From Candidatus Iainarchaeum sp. (lineage in GTDB: Archaea > Iainarchaeota > Iainarchaeia > Iainarchaeales > SKW153), in NCBI GenBank assembly GCA_026414365.1, contig JAOAJD010000001.1:314144-378143 (forward strand): DNA of 64,000 nt, written 5' to 3'. The position numbers were made by a program, and so were the translations under genes. Below the pieces are notes generated by a model. It saw nothing but the letters and a program-made list of their open reading frames with translations, had not been told where the DNA came from and did no database searches. Position 1 is the first letter of the stretch. Every line of letters begins with the position of its first letter. Positions 1 to 8,589 of this stretch are shown here, piece by piece.

Positions 1-1
1 A

Positions 2-343
2 CATGGTTTCATTGGAGAAGCTTTGAGTTCTGGAGATGTATGTAAAAAACTTGTTAGAACAATTGCTAATAATTACAAATTACCATATTACACAATTACA
101 CCAACTTTTAGCATATGCCCAGAACACGGTTATATAAAAGGGAAACATGAACTTTGTCCGAACAAAATAAATGATCATGTATGCGGCAAAGAAACTGAAA
201 TATTTAGCAGGATAGTGGGGTATTACAGACCAATACAAAACTGGAATGACGGAAAAAAAGAAGAATTTAAAGAAAGAAAACCATACTCAGAAAACGTTTC
301 TTTGAATAGTACATATTTAAAGAAAAAACAATTGGCTAAGTAA
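2..343 (+). CDS. nrdD: Anaerobic (class III) ribonucleoside-triphosphate reductase, C-terminal part (truncated by window edge)
   Basis: TPTFSICPEHG..CP..C Zn site and glycyl-radical motif SRIVGYYRP; frame is open back to position 2; followed by the activase. Confidence 0.93.
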   Translation, partial: HGFIGEALSSGDVCKKLVRTIANNYKLPYYTITPTFSICPEHGYIKGKHELCPNKINDHVCGKETEIFSRIVGYYRPIQNWNDGKKEEFKERKPYSENVSLNSTYLKKKQLAK

Positions 344-366
344 CAAACATTAATAAAATAATTTTT

Positions 367-1074
367 ATGACCGTACTAATAAAAGGTATCCAAAAAATCA
401 CCCTAATAGATTACCCTAATAAAATAGCAAGTGAATTTTTTGTTGGCGGTTGTAACTTCAGATGCCCTTTTTGTCAAAACAAAGATTTGGTTCTATACCC
501 TGAAAAACTAAAAACTATCAGAGAAGATGAAGCAATTGAATTCTTAAAAAAAAGATTAAAGTTTATTGAAGGAGTAGTAATTAGTGGTGGGGAACCAACA
601 ATATATGAAGATCTGCCAATTTTTTTTGAAAAAATTAAAAAAGAAACACAACTCCCTATAAAATTAGATACTAATGGATCAAATTCTAAAGTTATAAAAA
701 AACTGATAGAAGAAAAATTAGTTGATTACATAGCAATGGACATAAAATCATCAAAAGAAAAATACTCTTTGGCTACTAATGTAGATGTAGACATAAAAGA
801 GATTGATAAGAGTATTAAGATTCTAAAGAAGAATGATGTTGACTATGAGTTTAGAACTACTGTTGTCCCAGAAATAGTTACAGAAAATGATATTGAAGAA
901 ATAGGAAAATGGATAGCTGGAGCTAAAAAATTTGCAATCCAACAATTTATACCTAATGAGAACTGTATTGATCCTAATTACAAAAACAAAACACCGTACG
1001 CAAAAGAAAAGTTAATTGAATTTCAAAAAATTATGAAAAAATATATTAGTAATTGCGAAATCAGAAATATTTAA
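367..1074 (+). CDS. nrdG: Anaerobic RNR activating protein (radical SAM)
   Basis: GCNFRCPFCQN CxxxCxxC motif, ISGGEPT, KLDTNGS; adjacent to nrdD. Confidence 0.92.
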   Translation: MTVLIKGIQKITLIDYPNKIASEFFVGGCNFRCPFCQNKDLVLYPEKLKTIREDEAIEFLKKRLKFIEGVVISGGEPTIYEDLPIFFEKIKKETQLPIKLDTNGSNSKVIKKLIEEKLVDYIAMDIKSSKEKYSLATNVDVDIKEIDKSIKILKKNDVDYEFRTTVVPEIVTENDIEEIGKWIAGAKKFAIQQFIPNENCIDPNYKNKTPYAKEKLIEFQKIMKKYISNCEIRNI

Positions 1075-1126
1075 TAAGACTATGAGAGAATATTTTCTTA
1101 TTTAAAAATAATTTGGAGGATCCCTT

Positions 1127-1306
1127 ATGGCAGTGAAACCTTATATAGACTATTCTAAATGCATAAAATGTGGCACTTGTGTAAATGTATGCCCTATGCA
1201 AGTTTTTATTATGAAAGATAAACCTGAAGTAGCACATCCTGAAAAATGTGTTCAATGTAAGGCTTGTGAGGTTAGTTGCCCAACACAAGCAATAAAAGTT
1301 AAATAA
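1127..1306 (+). CDS. 2x[4Fe-4S] ferredoxin, 59 aa (not in ORF track)
   Basis: Hand translation MAVKPYIDYSKCIKCGTCVNVCPMQ...KCVQCKACEVSCPTQAIKVK has two CxxCxxCxxxCP motifs; GGAGG SD at 1115-1119. Confidence 0.92.
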   Translation: MAVKPYIDYSKCIKCGTCVNVCPMQVFIMKDKPEVAHPEKCVQCKACEVSCPTQAIKVK

Positions 1307-1312
1307 AAAAAT

Positions 1313-1960
1313 ATGAAGGAAAAAATAAATAGAATAATTAGAATAATCGAAAAGCAAATAGGAAAAACAAAGCCAGTAGTTTCATTCTCTTCTAAATACA
1401 AGACAATAATCACAACCGTTTTATCTGCAAGAACCAAAGATGAAACTACTTTTAAAGTTTCTAAAAAATTATTTTCAAAATACAAAAGCTTTAGAGAATT
1501 AGCTAAAGCAAAAACTGAAGATATTGAAAAACAAATATATCCTGTTGGATTTTACAAAACAAAAGCTAAAAATATAAAAAAGTTGGCTGAGATAATAGTA
1601 AAAAAATACAATTCTAAAGTCCCTTCCAACTTTAAAGAATTAATAACCTTGCCAGGTGTAGGTAGAAAAACAGCAAATATTGTTCTATCATTATGTTTCA
1701 AAAAACCAACAATTGCAGTAGATACTCATGTTCATAGGATATCGAATAGGATTGGGGTAGTTAAAACAAAAAAACCTGAACAAACGGAAAAAGAACTAAA
1801 AAATAAAATTGACAAAAAACATTGGATTAAAATAAATGAGTTGTTTGTAAAATTTGGTCAAAGAATTTGCAAACCTTTAAGACCTAATTGTAAGATCTGC
1901 AAAATAAAAAAATATTGCAATTTTTATTTAAATGATTTAAAAGCAGACGCCAACTCATAA
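1313..1960 (+). CDS. nth: Endonuclease III
   Basis: HhH motif LPGVGRKTAN, VDTHV, C-terminal C-x6-C-x2-C-x5-C Fe-S loop. Confidence 0.93.
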   Translation: MKEKINRIIRIIEKQIGKTKPVVSFSSKYKTIITTVLSARTKDETTFKVSKKLFSKYKSFRELAKAKTEDIEKQIYPVGFYKTKAKNIKKLAEIIVKKYNSKVPSNFKELITLPGVGRKTANIVLSLCFKKPTIAVDTHVHRISNRIGVVKTKKPEQTEKELKNKIDKKHWIKINELFVKFGQRICKPLRPNCKICKIKKYCNFYLNDLKADANS

Positions 1961-2610
1961 ATTGCCTCTTTGTGATTTTTTACTTTTACTATTCCTGAAG
2001 AAACAAAAACTCCGTCAGAACCTAACTCTAAAGCTTTTCTGACATCATCTCTTGTTTTTATACCTGCCCCGGCAATAACTTTTACTCTTTTATTTATTTT
2101 TTTTATTGTTGAGATTGTATTGGTTATAAGTCTTGGTTCTGCTTCACTTATTGAAACGTTACCCCCTATAAGCTCTGGTAATTCAATTGCTATAAAATCA
2201 GGATTTAATCTTACAAGCTTTTTTGCCTCATTAACACTAGCTGCACATAGCATTAACAACAATCCTGCTTCTTTTGCTCTTAACGAAGCTTTTTTTATAA
2301 ATTCAAAACTTTTTTTATTTTCTGCATGATTTAAAATAGTCCCAACTGCTCCTGCCTCTTTCACAGATTCTGGTAAAATATGACCAGTATAATGGCCGTA
2401 AACAATAGGGTCTATATGCTGAGCAAACACAGGTATCTTTAAATTATTTGTAATTAATCTTATGTCCACACTTTGAGCAACTACTGCAATACAGACATCT
2501 AACTCTATTGAAACGTCCTGACAAATTTTTGCAAGTTTTAGTGCATTTTGACCTGTAGCTTCTTTGTAAGTTTTAAAATTGATAAAGAGTGTTGGAGTTT
2601 TTAATAGCAT
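1924..2610 (-). CDS. tpiA: Triosephosphate isomerase, archaeal type
   Basis: INFKTY, LNHAE, AIELPELIG, GAGI motifs; short archaeal length. Confidence 0.92.
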   Translation of the reverse strand: MLLKTPTLFINFKTYKEATGQNALKLAKICQDVSIELDVCIAVVAQSVDIRLITNNLKIPVFAQHIDPIVYGHYTGHILPESVKEAGAVGTILNHAENKKSFEFIKKASLRAKEAGLLLMLCAASVNEAKKLVRLNPDFIAIELPELIGGNVSISEAEPRLITNTISTIKKINKRVKVIAGAGIKTRDDVRKALELGSDGVFVSSGIVKVKNHKEAIYELASAFKSFK

Positions 2611-2625
2611 CAAAAAACACTCAAA

Positions 2626-3603
2626 TTATTTATTATTGATCATTGCTGCTAATAGTGCTTCTATTTGAATCCTCTCATTTGCGCCCTCTGCAATTCTGAA
2701 ACTATATTCTGCTATCAACTCAATTAATTTAATCTTTTGTTTATCATCTAGCTCTTTCATAGACAATATCTCTCTATATATTTGCAACACGATATCTTCT
2801 CCGCTCATTCCATATTCATATAGTAGAATATTTAATTTATCTCTAGAATCTAAAAACTTTCCCTCAATAGCTAAATTTATCATTTGCCTTACCTCTTCTG
2901 GCTTTGCCCTGCTAGATACGGAAAATATGTTTTTTTCACTGACATGCTTATCTATAGAAGAAGCAGCTTGTAGAACATTAATTGCTTTTCTCAAATCACC
3001 TTCACTAACATATATAAGGGCTTCTAATCCACTTTCTGTGATGGATACATTTTCTTCTTTACAAATTTCCTTTATCTTCTTTTCAATATCTCTAGCAGAA
3101 AGTGGTTTAAACCTAAAAACAACACATCTGCTTTGTATTGGCTCTATAATTCTACTGCTGTAATTTGCACTTAATATAAATCTACATGTTTTTGTATATC
3201 TTTCCATAGTTCTTCTTAAAGCTTGTTGTGCATCATTAGTTAAAGCATCACTCTCATCTAAAAAAATTATCTTAAAAGCACTGTCAAAAGATAGTGTCCT
3301 TGCAAAATCTTTAATTGTGTTTCTTACTACATCAATACCTCTATCATCAGAAGCATTTAATTCAATAAAATTAAGATTAAAATTTTTTGGAAATAATTCT
3401 CTAGCTAAAGCAACTGCTGCGGAAGTTTTACCAACGCCGGCAGGACCGGTGAAAAGCAAATTAGGAACGTTTTTATTATCAACATAACTTTTTAATCTCT
3501 TTATTATTTCCTCATGCCCTATTATCTCACTTAAACTTTTAGGTCTATATTTCTCAACCCATGGCAGAACTTCCTCTTGCTCTGCAAATTCTTTTTTATG
3601 CAT
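2626..3603 (-). CDS. rfcS: Replication factor C small subunit
   Basis: PWVEKYRP, GPAGVGKT, ELNASDDRG, DESD, QSRC; no intein. Confidence 0.95.
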   Translation of the reverse strand: MHKKEFAEQEEVLPWVEKYRPKSLSEIIGHEEIIKRLKSYVDNKNVPNLLFTGPAGVGKTSAAVALARELFPKNFNLNFIELNASDDRGIDVVRNTIKDFARTLSFDSAFKIIFLDESDALTNDAQQALRRTMERYTKTCRFILSANYSSRIIEPIQSRCVVFRFKPLSARDIEKKIKEICKEENVSITESGLEALIYVSEGDLRKAINVLQAASSIDKHVSEKNIFSVSSRAKPEEVRQMINLAIEGKFLDSRDKLNILLYEYGMSGEDIVLQIYREILSMKELDDKQKIKLIELIAEYSFRIAEGANERIQIEALLAAMINNK

Positions 3604-3643
3604 AAGTAAAATAGAAAGGTTAAATATTTAATAATGATTTTTA

Positions 3644-3730
3644 CGAGCCCAGAGGGATTTGAACCCTCGACGCCCTGGTACCCCCTTGAAGTTAAGAGCC
3701 AGGTGCTCTACCAAGCTGAGCTATGGGCCC
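3644..3730 (-). tRNA. tRNA-Lys(CTT) with a 13-nt intron at canonical position 37/38 (intron 3680-3692)
   Basis: Reverse complement GGGCCCA TA GCTC..GAGC A CCTGG CTCTTA[ACTTCAAGGGGGT]A CCAGG GCGTC GAGGG TTCAAAT CCCTC TGGGCTC G folds as a cloverleaf once the intron is removed; CCA not encoded. Confidence 0.9.
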
Positions 3731-3897
3731 AACATAAAAGAGTTTATAATTAGATTCTATAAATAATGTTTTAAAATATGTTTTAAAACTTTTCAAGGAA
3801 TAATGATCTTTGTAAGATTTTTTATTTAGTAATACTTCTTAATTTCTAAAAGCTTTGCCAACAAAAATGTTTTTATCTCAACTTAGAATACTAAAGT

Positions 3898-5178
3898 TTA
3901 ATTTAGCGGCTCTATTTCTTCTTTTCCAAAAAACGGCCTTAAGACTTTAGGAATTTTAATAACTCCGTCATCAGTTTGATAGTTCTCAATTATTATTCTT
4001 AGGGTTCTTGTTGTGGCAACCATGGTACTGTTAAGAGTATGCAGATAGTCCTTTTCTCCATTTTTCCTTTTATATCTTATTTTCAATCTTGCAGATTGAT
4101 AAGATGTGCAGTTAGAACATGACATTAATTCTATATATTTTTTTTCTCGAGGAGACCACCCATTAATATCATATTTTTTTGCTGCAACACTCCCTAAGTC
4201 ACCAGTACATATATTTGTAACGTTGTAAGGTATTTCCAGATCTTCCAATAACTCTTCAGCGTTTCTTCTAAGTTCTTCATGATAACTCCAACTATCTTCA
4301 GGCATACAAAAAATAAACTGTTCAATTTTATTAAATTGGTGAACTCTAAAAAGACCTCTCTCATCTAATCCATGTTTTCCAACTTCTTTTCTAAAACACG
4401 CAGAAACACCTGCCAATTTTATCGGCAGATCATCTTCATCTATTATCTCATCTAGGTACATCGCTGCCATAGGATGCTCAGAGGTTGCTATTAAATAAAG
4501 ATCTTCACCTTCTATTTTGTACATAACATCTTCAAAATCTTTAAGATCTGTAACTCCTTCATATGCTTTTCTGTTCATCATGAAAGGAGGCTCTACTAAA
4601 GTATATCCCTTACTAACAAGCTTCTTAATGGCATATATTTGCAAAGCTAAATCTAACATTGCTAAATCTCCCTTTAAAAAATAAAAACCCGAACAAGAAA
4701 TTTTTACAGCTCTCTCAAAATCTGCAATACCCAAAGACGCAGCTAATTGACCATGGTGTTTTATCTCAAACTTTGGTTCTTTTTTTATCCCCCATTCCTT
4801 AACTACAACGTTTTCAGAATCGTCTTTGCCAATAGGAACAGAATCATGGATTAAATTTGGTAAGAGCATTAATTTTTTTCTTAGTTCTTCCTCTAAAAAA
4901 GAAACTTCCTCATCGTATTCTTTTATCTGATTATTTAATTTTTTTGTTTCTGAGATGAGCGAAGATATATCTTTTCCCTGTCTCTTCAAAACATCTACTT
5001 TTTCTATTAATTTATTCTTCTGTGCCCTTAAACTTTCATATCTTTGTAAAAGATCCCTATATTTTTGATCTAGAGAAACAACATCGTCAAAAATTTCTAA
5101 AATCCTGCTGTCGTTCCTCTTTTCTAAATTATTTCTTACTAATGCAGGATTATTTCTTATTATTTTAATATCTATCAT
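3898..5178 (-). CDS. serS: Serine--tRNA ligase
   Basis: N-terminal coiled coil, LIATSEH, CFRKE..GLFRVHQF, SCSNCT, HTLNST. Confidence 0.96.
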   Translation of the reverse strand: MIDIKIIRNNPALVRNNLEKRNDSRILEIFDDVVSLDQKYRDLLQRYESLRAQKNKLIEKVDVLKRQGKDISSLISETKKLNNQIKEYDEEVSFLEEELRKKLMLLPNLIHDSVPIGKDDSENVVVKEWGIKKEPKFEIKHHGQLAASLGIADFERAVKISCSGFYFLKGDLAMLDLALQIYAIKKLVSKGYTLVEPPFMMNRKAYEGVTDLKDFEDVMYKIEGEDLYLIATSEHPMAAMYLDEIIDEDDLPIKLAGVSACFRKEVGKHGLDERGLFRVHQFNKIEQFIFCMPEDSWSYHEELRRNAEELLEDLEIPYNVTNICTGDLGSVAAKKYDINGWSPREKKYIELMSCSNCTSYQSARLKIRYKRKNGEKDYLHTLNSTMVATTRTLRIIIENYQTDDGVIKIPKVLRPFFGKEEIEPLN

Positions 5179-5217
5179 AAAAAAGAATTTAACCAACCTT
5201 ATTAATAAAGTTTATAT

Positions 5218-5754
5218 ATGAAAGACGTAGTAGTCATAAGATATGGCCATAGACCGGAAAGAGATAAGAGAACAACTACTCATTGTGCACTAGTTGCAAG
5301 GGCTTTTGGAGCAAAAAAAATCGTTATATGTAGCGAAAGAGATGATAAATTAGAAAAAAATATACATAAAGTAGTACAAAAATGGGGTGGGCAATTCAAA
5401 ATATCTTTTTGTAACAATTGGAAAACGTTATGTAACAAGCTAAAGGAAGATGGATACAAAATTGTGCATTTGACGATGTATGGTGTTAGCATAGATAAAA
5501 AAATAAAAAAAATAAGGAAGAATAAAAAGATAGCTGTTTTTGTAGGATCACAAAAAGTTCCTGGAGAAATTTATAACCTAGCTAATTTTAACATCTCTAT
5601 AACTAACCAGCCACATTCAGAGATTGCTGCGTTGGCTATTTTTTTGGATAGATTATTTAGAGGAAAACAAATAGAAAAAGAATTCTCTAATGCAAAGATT
5701 AAAATAATCCCATCTGAAAATAAAAAGAAGATAAAAGTAAATACAATTGTTTAA
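5218..5754 (+). CDS. tRNA (cytidine(56)-2'-O)-methyltransferase (aTrm56, SPOUT)
   Basis: RYGHRPERDKRTTTHCALVARAFGA, VHLTMYG, NQPHSEIAALA. Confidence 0.92.
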   Translation: MKDVVVIRYGHRPERDKRTTTHCALVARAFGAKKIVICSERDDKLEKNIHKVVQKWGGQFKISFCNNWKTLCNKLKEDGYKIVHLTMYGVSIDKKIKKIRKNKKIAVFVGSQKVPGEIYNLANFNISITNQPHSEIAALAIFLDRLFRGKQIEKEFSNAKIKIIPSENKKKIKVNTIV

Positions 5755-5788
5755 AAAATGTTTAAATAGAAAAAGTATATGTGTCTTA

Positions 5789-6343
5789 ATGAAGATAAAA
5801 ATAACAAAATTACAAATTGTAAAAGAATATCTGTCAAAAATAGCTGGCGATTCAGCAGTAAAGATATGCGAAATCTGCGAAAACAAAAAAGAAGGCGTTA
5901 AAGACGAATATTTACAAAAAAGAATCAAAATAAAAATAACTGAGGTAAGAACCCTATTAAATAAACTTCATTATTTAGGTATTATGAGATACGATAGAAA
6001 AAAAGATGTAAAAAGTGGATGGTATCACTATACTTGGTTCATAGACACTAATAGATTAGCTGAGTTGATTATAGATGAACATGAAAAAGAATTGGAAAGA
6101 TTAAAAAATAAATTGAAAGAAACCAAAGAGTATGATTACTTTGCCTGCAAAAACTTTTGTAATGAAGTACCTTTTGAAGTAGCTGCAGAATATTCGTTTA
6201 AATGTCCTGTTTGCAGTAAACAGATGAATTTTGTCAACAAAAAAAAAGTGGAAGACTATCTCAAAAAGAGGATAGATTTGTTTGAGAAAGAAATAAAAAC
6301 AATAAAAGTTGTATTACAAAAAGATAAAAAACACACAAAATAG
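5789..6343 (+). CDS. tfe: Transcription factor E alpha subunit
   Basis: wHTH (EVRTLLNKLHYLGI..SGWYHYTW) plus Zn ribbon C..C/FKCPVC; follows aTrm56 as in many archaea. Confidence 0.88.
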   Translation: MKIKITKLQIVKEYLSKIAGDSAVKICEICENKKEGVKDEYLQKRIKIKITEVRTLLNKLHYLGIMRYDRKKDVKSGWYHYTWFIDTNRLAELIIDEHEKELERLKNKLKETKEYDYFACKNFCNEVPFEVAAEYSFKCPVCSKQMNFVNKKKVEDYLKKRIDLFEKEIKTIKVVLQKDKKHTK

Positions 6344-6475
6344 GACAAAAAGAGTTTGTTAAAAAAAATTAAATTATTTATATAATATATTTGTATTTAA
6401 TTATTTATATATTTATAATAATATAAATCAAATAATAACAAAATTAATAACAAAATTGACAAAAAACGAAAAAAA

Positions 6476-6550
6476 AGCGGGGTAGGGCAGCCAGGAGTGC
6501 CCGTCGGGCTCATAACCCGAAGGTCGGAGGTTCAAATCCTTCCCCCGCTA
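6476..6550 (+). tRNA. Initiator tRNA-Met(CAT)
   Basis: AGCGGGG..CCCCGCT A with A1-U72, three consecutive G-C pairs in the anticodon stem (TCGGG CTCATAA CCCGA), T-loop TTCAAAT. Confidence 0.95.
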
Positions 6551-6957
6551 TCTAATTTTACACAAATAAAGGACGAACATAACAAAAGAGTTAAGAATAA
6601 AAAACTAACAACTGTTGATAAAAAATAATTTATTTTGTGATTTGCATCAATATCTCAAAGAACTGACAACTATTGTTTTAAAAATAATAAAAAACATAGT
6701 AATTTTTTTAGTATACATAATAGAGAAACAAATATCACTTTAAGAAAGAACTATATTAAAAAAAATTAAATCAGTTCCACGAAAACACTCACAAAATAGC
6801 AATCCGTCTAGAAAACAAATCAAAAGTAATAAAAAATATATTAAAAAAACTCTTACTTATTGTAAATTTTTAGCTCTTTTAGTTTATGAAAAAATTATAG
6901 TAATTACTCGTAAATACGATAAATATATAAAGCAATTACTGCAATAATTATAATAGC

Positions 6958-7374
6958 ATGAAAATAATAGAAGAAATAAAAAAAATAATATTCTCAATCA
7001 TAAAGAAAAACAAAGAAAAAAAAATTTATGAAGAAAAAAAAGTGATGTGCGAAGTAGATAACTTTGTATCAATATGGGATTATTTACAATTTAGAGAAAA
7101 CACCCAAGCATGGCATCTATCAAAAACAATTGGTTTTGAAGAATGGGTATCAATGAAAGAAATTATGAGAAGAATAAAAGAACTTTTTGGCATAGAGTAT
7201 AAACATGAAAAGAGCTTATATCCTTATTTGAAAGCTCTCACAGATAGTGGATTATTTGAAACTATAGATGTGGGGGGAATAAGAAAATGGAGAAAAAAAG
7301 AAATTTTAATAAAATTAAAAACAGAACGAGTAGAACGAGAAGTTGATTTAGAAAAAAATATTATACCAACCTAG
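6958..7374 (+). CDS. Hypothetical protein, probable winged-helix DNA-binding fold
   Basis: SMKEIMRRIKELFG..SLYPYLKALTDSGLFET..GGIRKWR resembles a wHTH; start uncertain. Confidence 0.55.
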   Translation: MKIIEEIKKIIFSIIKKNKEKKIYEEKKVMCEVDNFVSIWDYLQFRENTQAWHLSKTIGFEEWVSMKEIMRRIKELFGIEYKHEKSLYPYLKALTDSGLFETIDVGGIRKWRKKEILIKLKTERVEREVDLEKNIIPT

Positions 7375-7957
7375 CTTTTTTATAATCATCATAAAATTTT
7401 TGTAATTTCGAACTCTTCATATAACACTCTTTAAACCAATCTAAATTTATTATTTTTTGTGATTCGTTCAAAACTAAATTACCTAACTCTTTAGAAAACT
7501 CCTTTTTAAAAGATAGTTGAGAAAGAACATCTGAAAGTTTTACAGATCCTTCTTTAGTATCTATTGTAAGCCTATCTAAAAGATCATCTAAGGCTTTGGC
7601 TACTTCTTCATCAGTTAGTTTTTTTTCGTCCATGTAAAATTGTGCTTTCCAACTACCTTTTGTTTTCCAGCAATGTGCGGGATTGTTGCCACTTTTTAAA
7701 AAATTTAAAAATTTATTAAGTGCATAAGGTGGTATTATAACACTGTTTTTACCAGCCTTTATATAAGGAACGTCTGAGAGAACACCTTTTCTAAAATATC
7801 TATATGTTTTACCACCACTTTTTGTAACATTTTGAGTATATCCATATATTGCTCTAAAAAGCTTTTGATAAGAATATGAAGAGTGTTTAGTATTATCAGG
7901 TAAAATGAATTGATATTTTATAAAATATCCTTCCAAACTTATACTAACACCCCACAA
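7361..7957 (-). CDS. Hypothetical protein (LFRAIYGY..YRYFRKGVL motif; possibly a ferredoxin-like/Cas2-like fold)
   Basis: Long ORF with typical composition; start is TTG 7957 or TTG 7936 (GGGGTG upstream); fold is an inference. Confidence 0.6.
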   Translation of the reverse strand: MWGVSISLEGYFIKYQFILPDNTKHSSYSYQKLFRAIYGYTQNVTKSGGKTYRYFRKGVLSDVPYIKAGKNSVIIPPYALNKFLNFLKSGNNPAHCWKTKGSWKAQFYMDEKKLTDEEVAKALDDLLDRLTIDTKEGSVKLSDVLSQLSFKKEFSKELGNLVLNESQKIINLDWFKECYMKSSKLQKFYDDYKKARLV

Positions 7958-7972
7958 TTCCGCTATTAAAAA
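7952..7972 (+). repeat. Left copy of a 21-bp inverted repeat, CCACAATTCCGCTATTAAAAA
   Basis: 20/21 identical to the reverse complement of 8545-8565. Confidence 0.85.
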
Positions 7973-8077
7973 TAATATTTGTAAGCACTTTATTATGTAT
8001 TACTGATATACATAATGCAATAGAACTATTAATAATATGTGCTTTTTAGTTTTGTAGTTTAATAACAGGTCAAATAA

Positions 8078-8341
8078 TTACTGTTCTTCTCTTTGGACAG
8101 GCATATTTTTACCGAGTACTACTACTATATCTTTAGCAGACTTGACATTTCTATATGGTATGCTTTTTTCACTTAGTATTTTTTTTGCCTCTTGTTTTGT
8201 CTTTGCTTTCAGAGGTTCTGTGGTTATTGTTTCTAGTTTACCTTTTTCTAAATTTATCACAATATCATATACTTTTCCCTTATATTCTCCGTCTGTAGTA
8301 TATACATCCATTCCAAATAGTTTAGATAATCTCATAGACAT
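8078..8341 (-). CDS. PRC-barrel domain protein (CdpB-like, possibly cell division)
   Basis: LSKLFGMDVYTTDGEYKGKVYDIVIN..IPYRNVKSAKDIVVV; GAGGTGA SD upstream. Confidence 0.85.
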   Translation of the reverse strand: MSMRLSKLFGMDVYTTDGEYKGKVYDIVINLEKGKLETITTEPLKAKTKQEAKKILSEKSIPYRNVKSAKDIVVVLGKNMPVQREEQ

Positions 8342-8544
8342 TTAAACTCACCTCGCTTAAACATAATTTCCTTTTACTTACTAAAGTATTCACTAGTATT
8401 TAAATATTTTGTTTGTGTTTGTTTTTGCAAAAGTTTTAAAAGGGTTTTTAAGTTTTTTGAAATTTTATAAAAAACTGAAATGCTATTATCAATATTTCTA
8501 AAAAATATTTATATTATGTTTGCAATAATTCGCCAAGACATACT

Positions 8545-8565
8545 TTTTTAATAGCGGAAGTGTGG
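8545..8565 (-). repeat. Right copy of the inverted repeat, inside a 28-bp imperfect palindrome ACATACTTTTT-TAATAG-CGGAAGTGTGG (8539-8566 region); candidate tyrosine-recombinase site
   Basis: Reverse complement CCACACTTCCGCTATTAAAAA; lies about 25 bp past the xerA stop codon. Confidence 0.8.
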
Positions 8566-8589
8566 TGCCTAGTTATCTCTTTTAAATAA

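Noticed and set aside
1061-1485. Minus-strand ORFs 1061-1357 and 1252-1485, and the many short antisense ORFs in the track
   Set aside because: They are shadows of well-supported genes on the opposite strand (here the ferredoxin and nth) and carry no recognisable motifs.
6667-6680. 14-bp match ACAACTATTGTTTT with ~53412
   Set aside because: AT-rich and only two copies; a chance match is plausible.
6771-6820. ORB-like words GTTCCACGAAAAC and TCCGTCTAGAAAAC
   Set aside because: Spacing differs from the TCCA-n3-GAAA consensus, there is no G-string, and no cdc6 gene is in the window.
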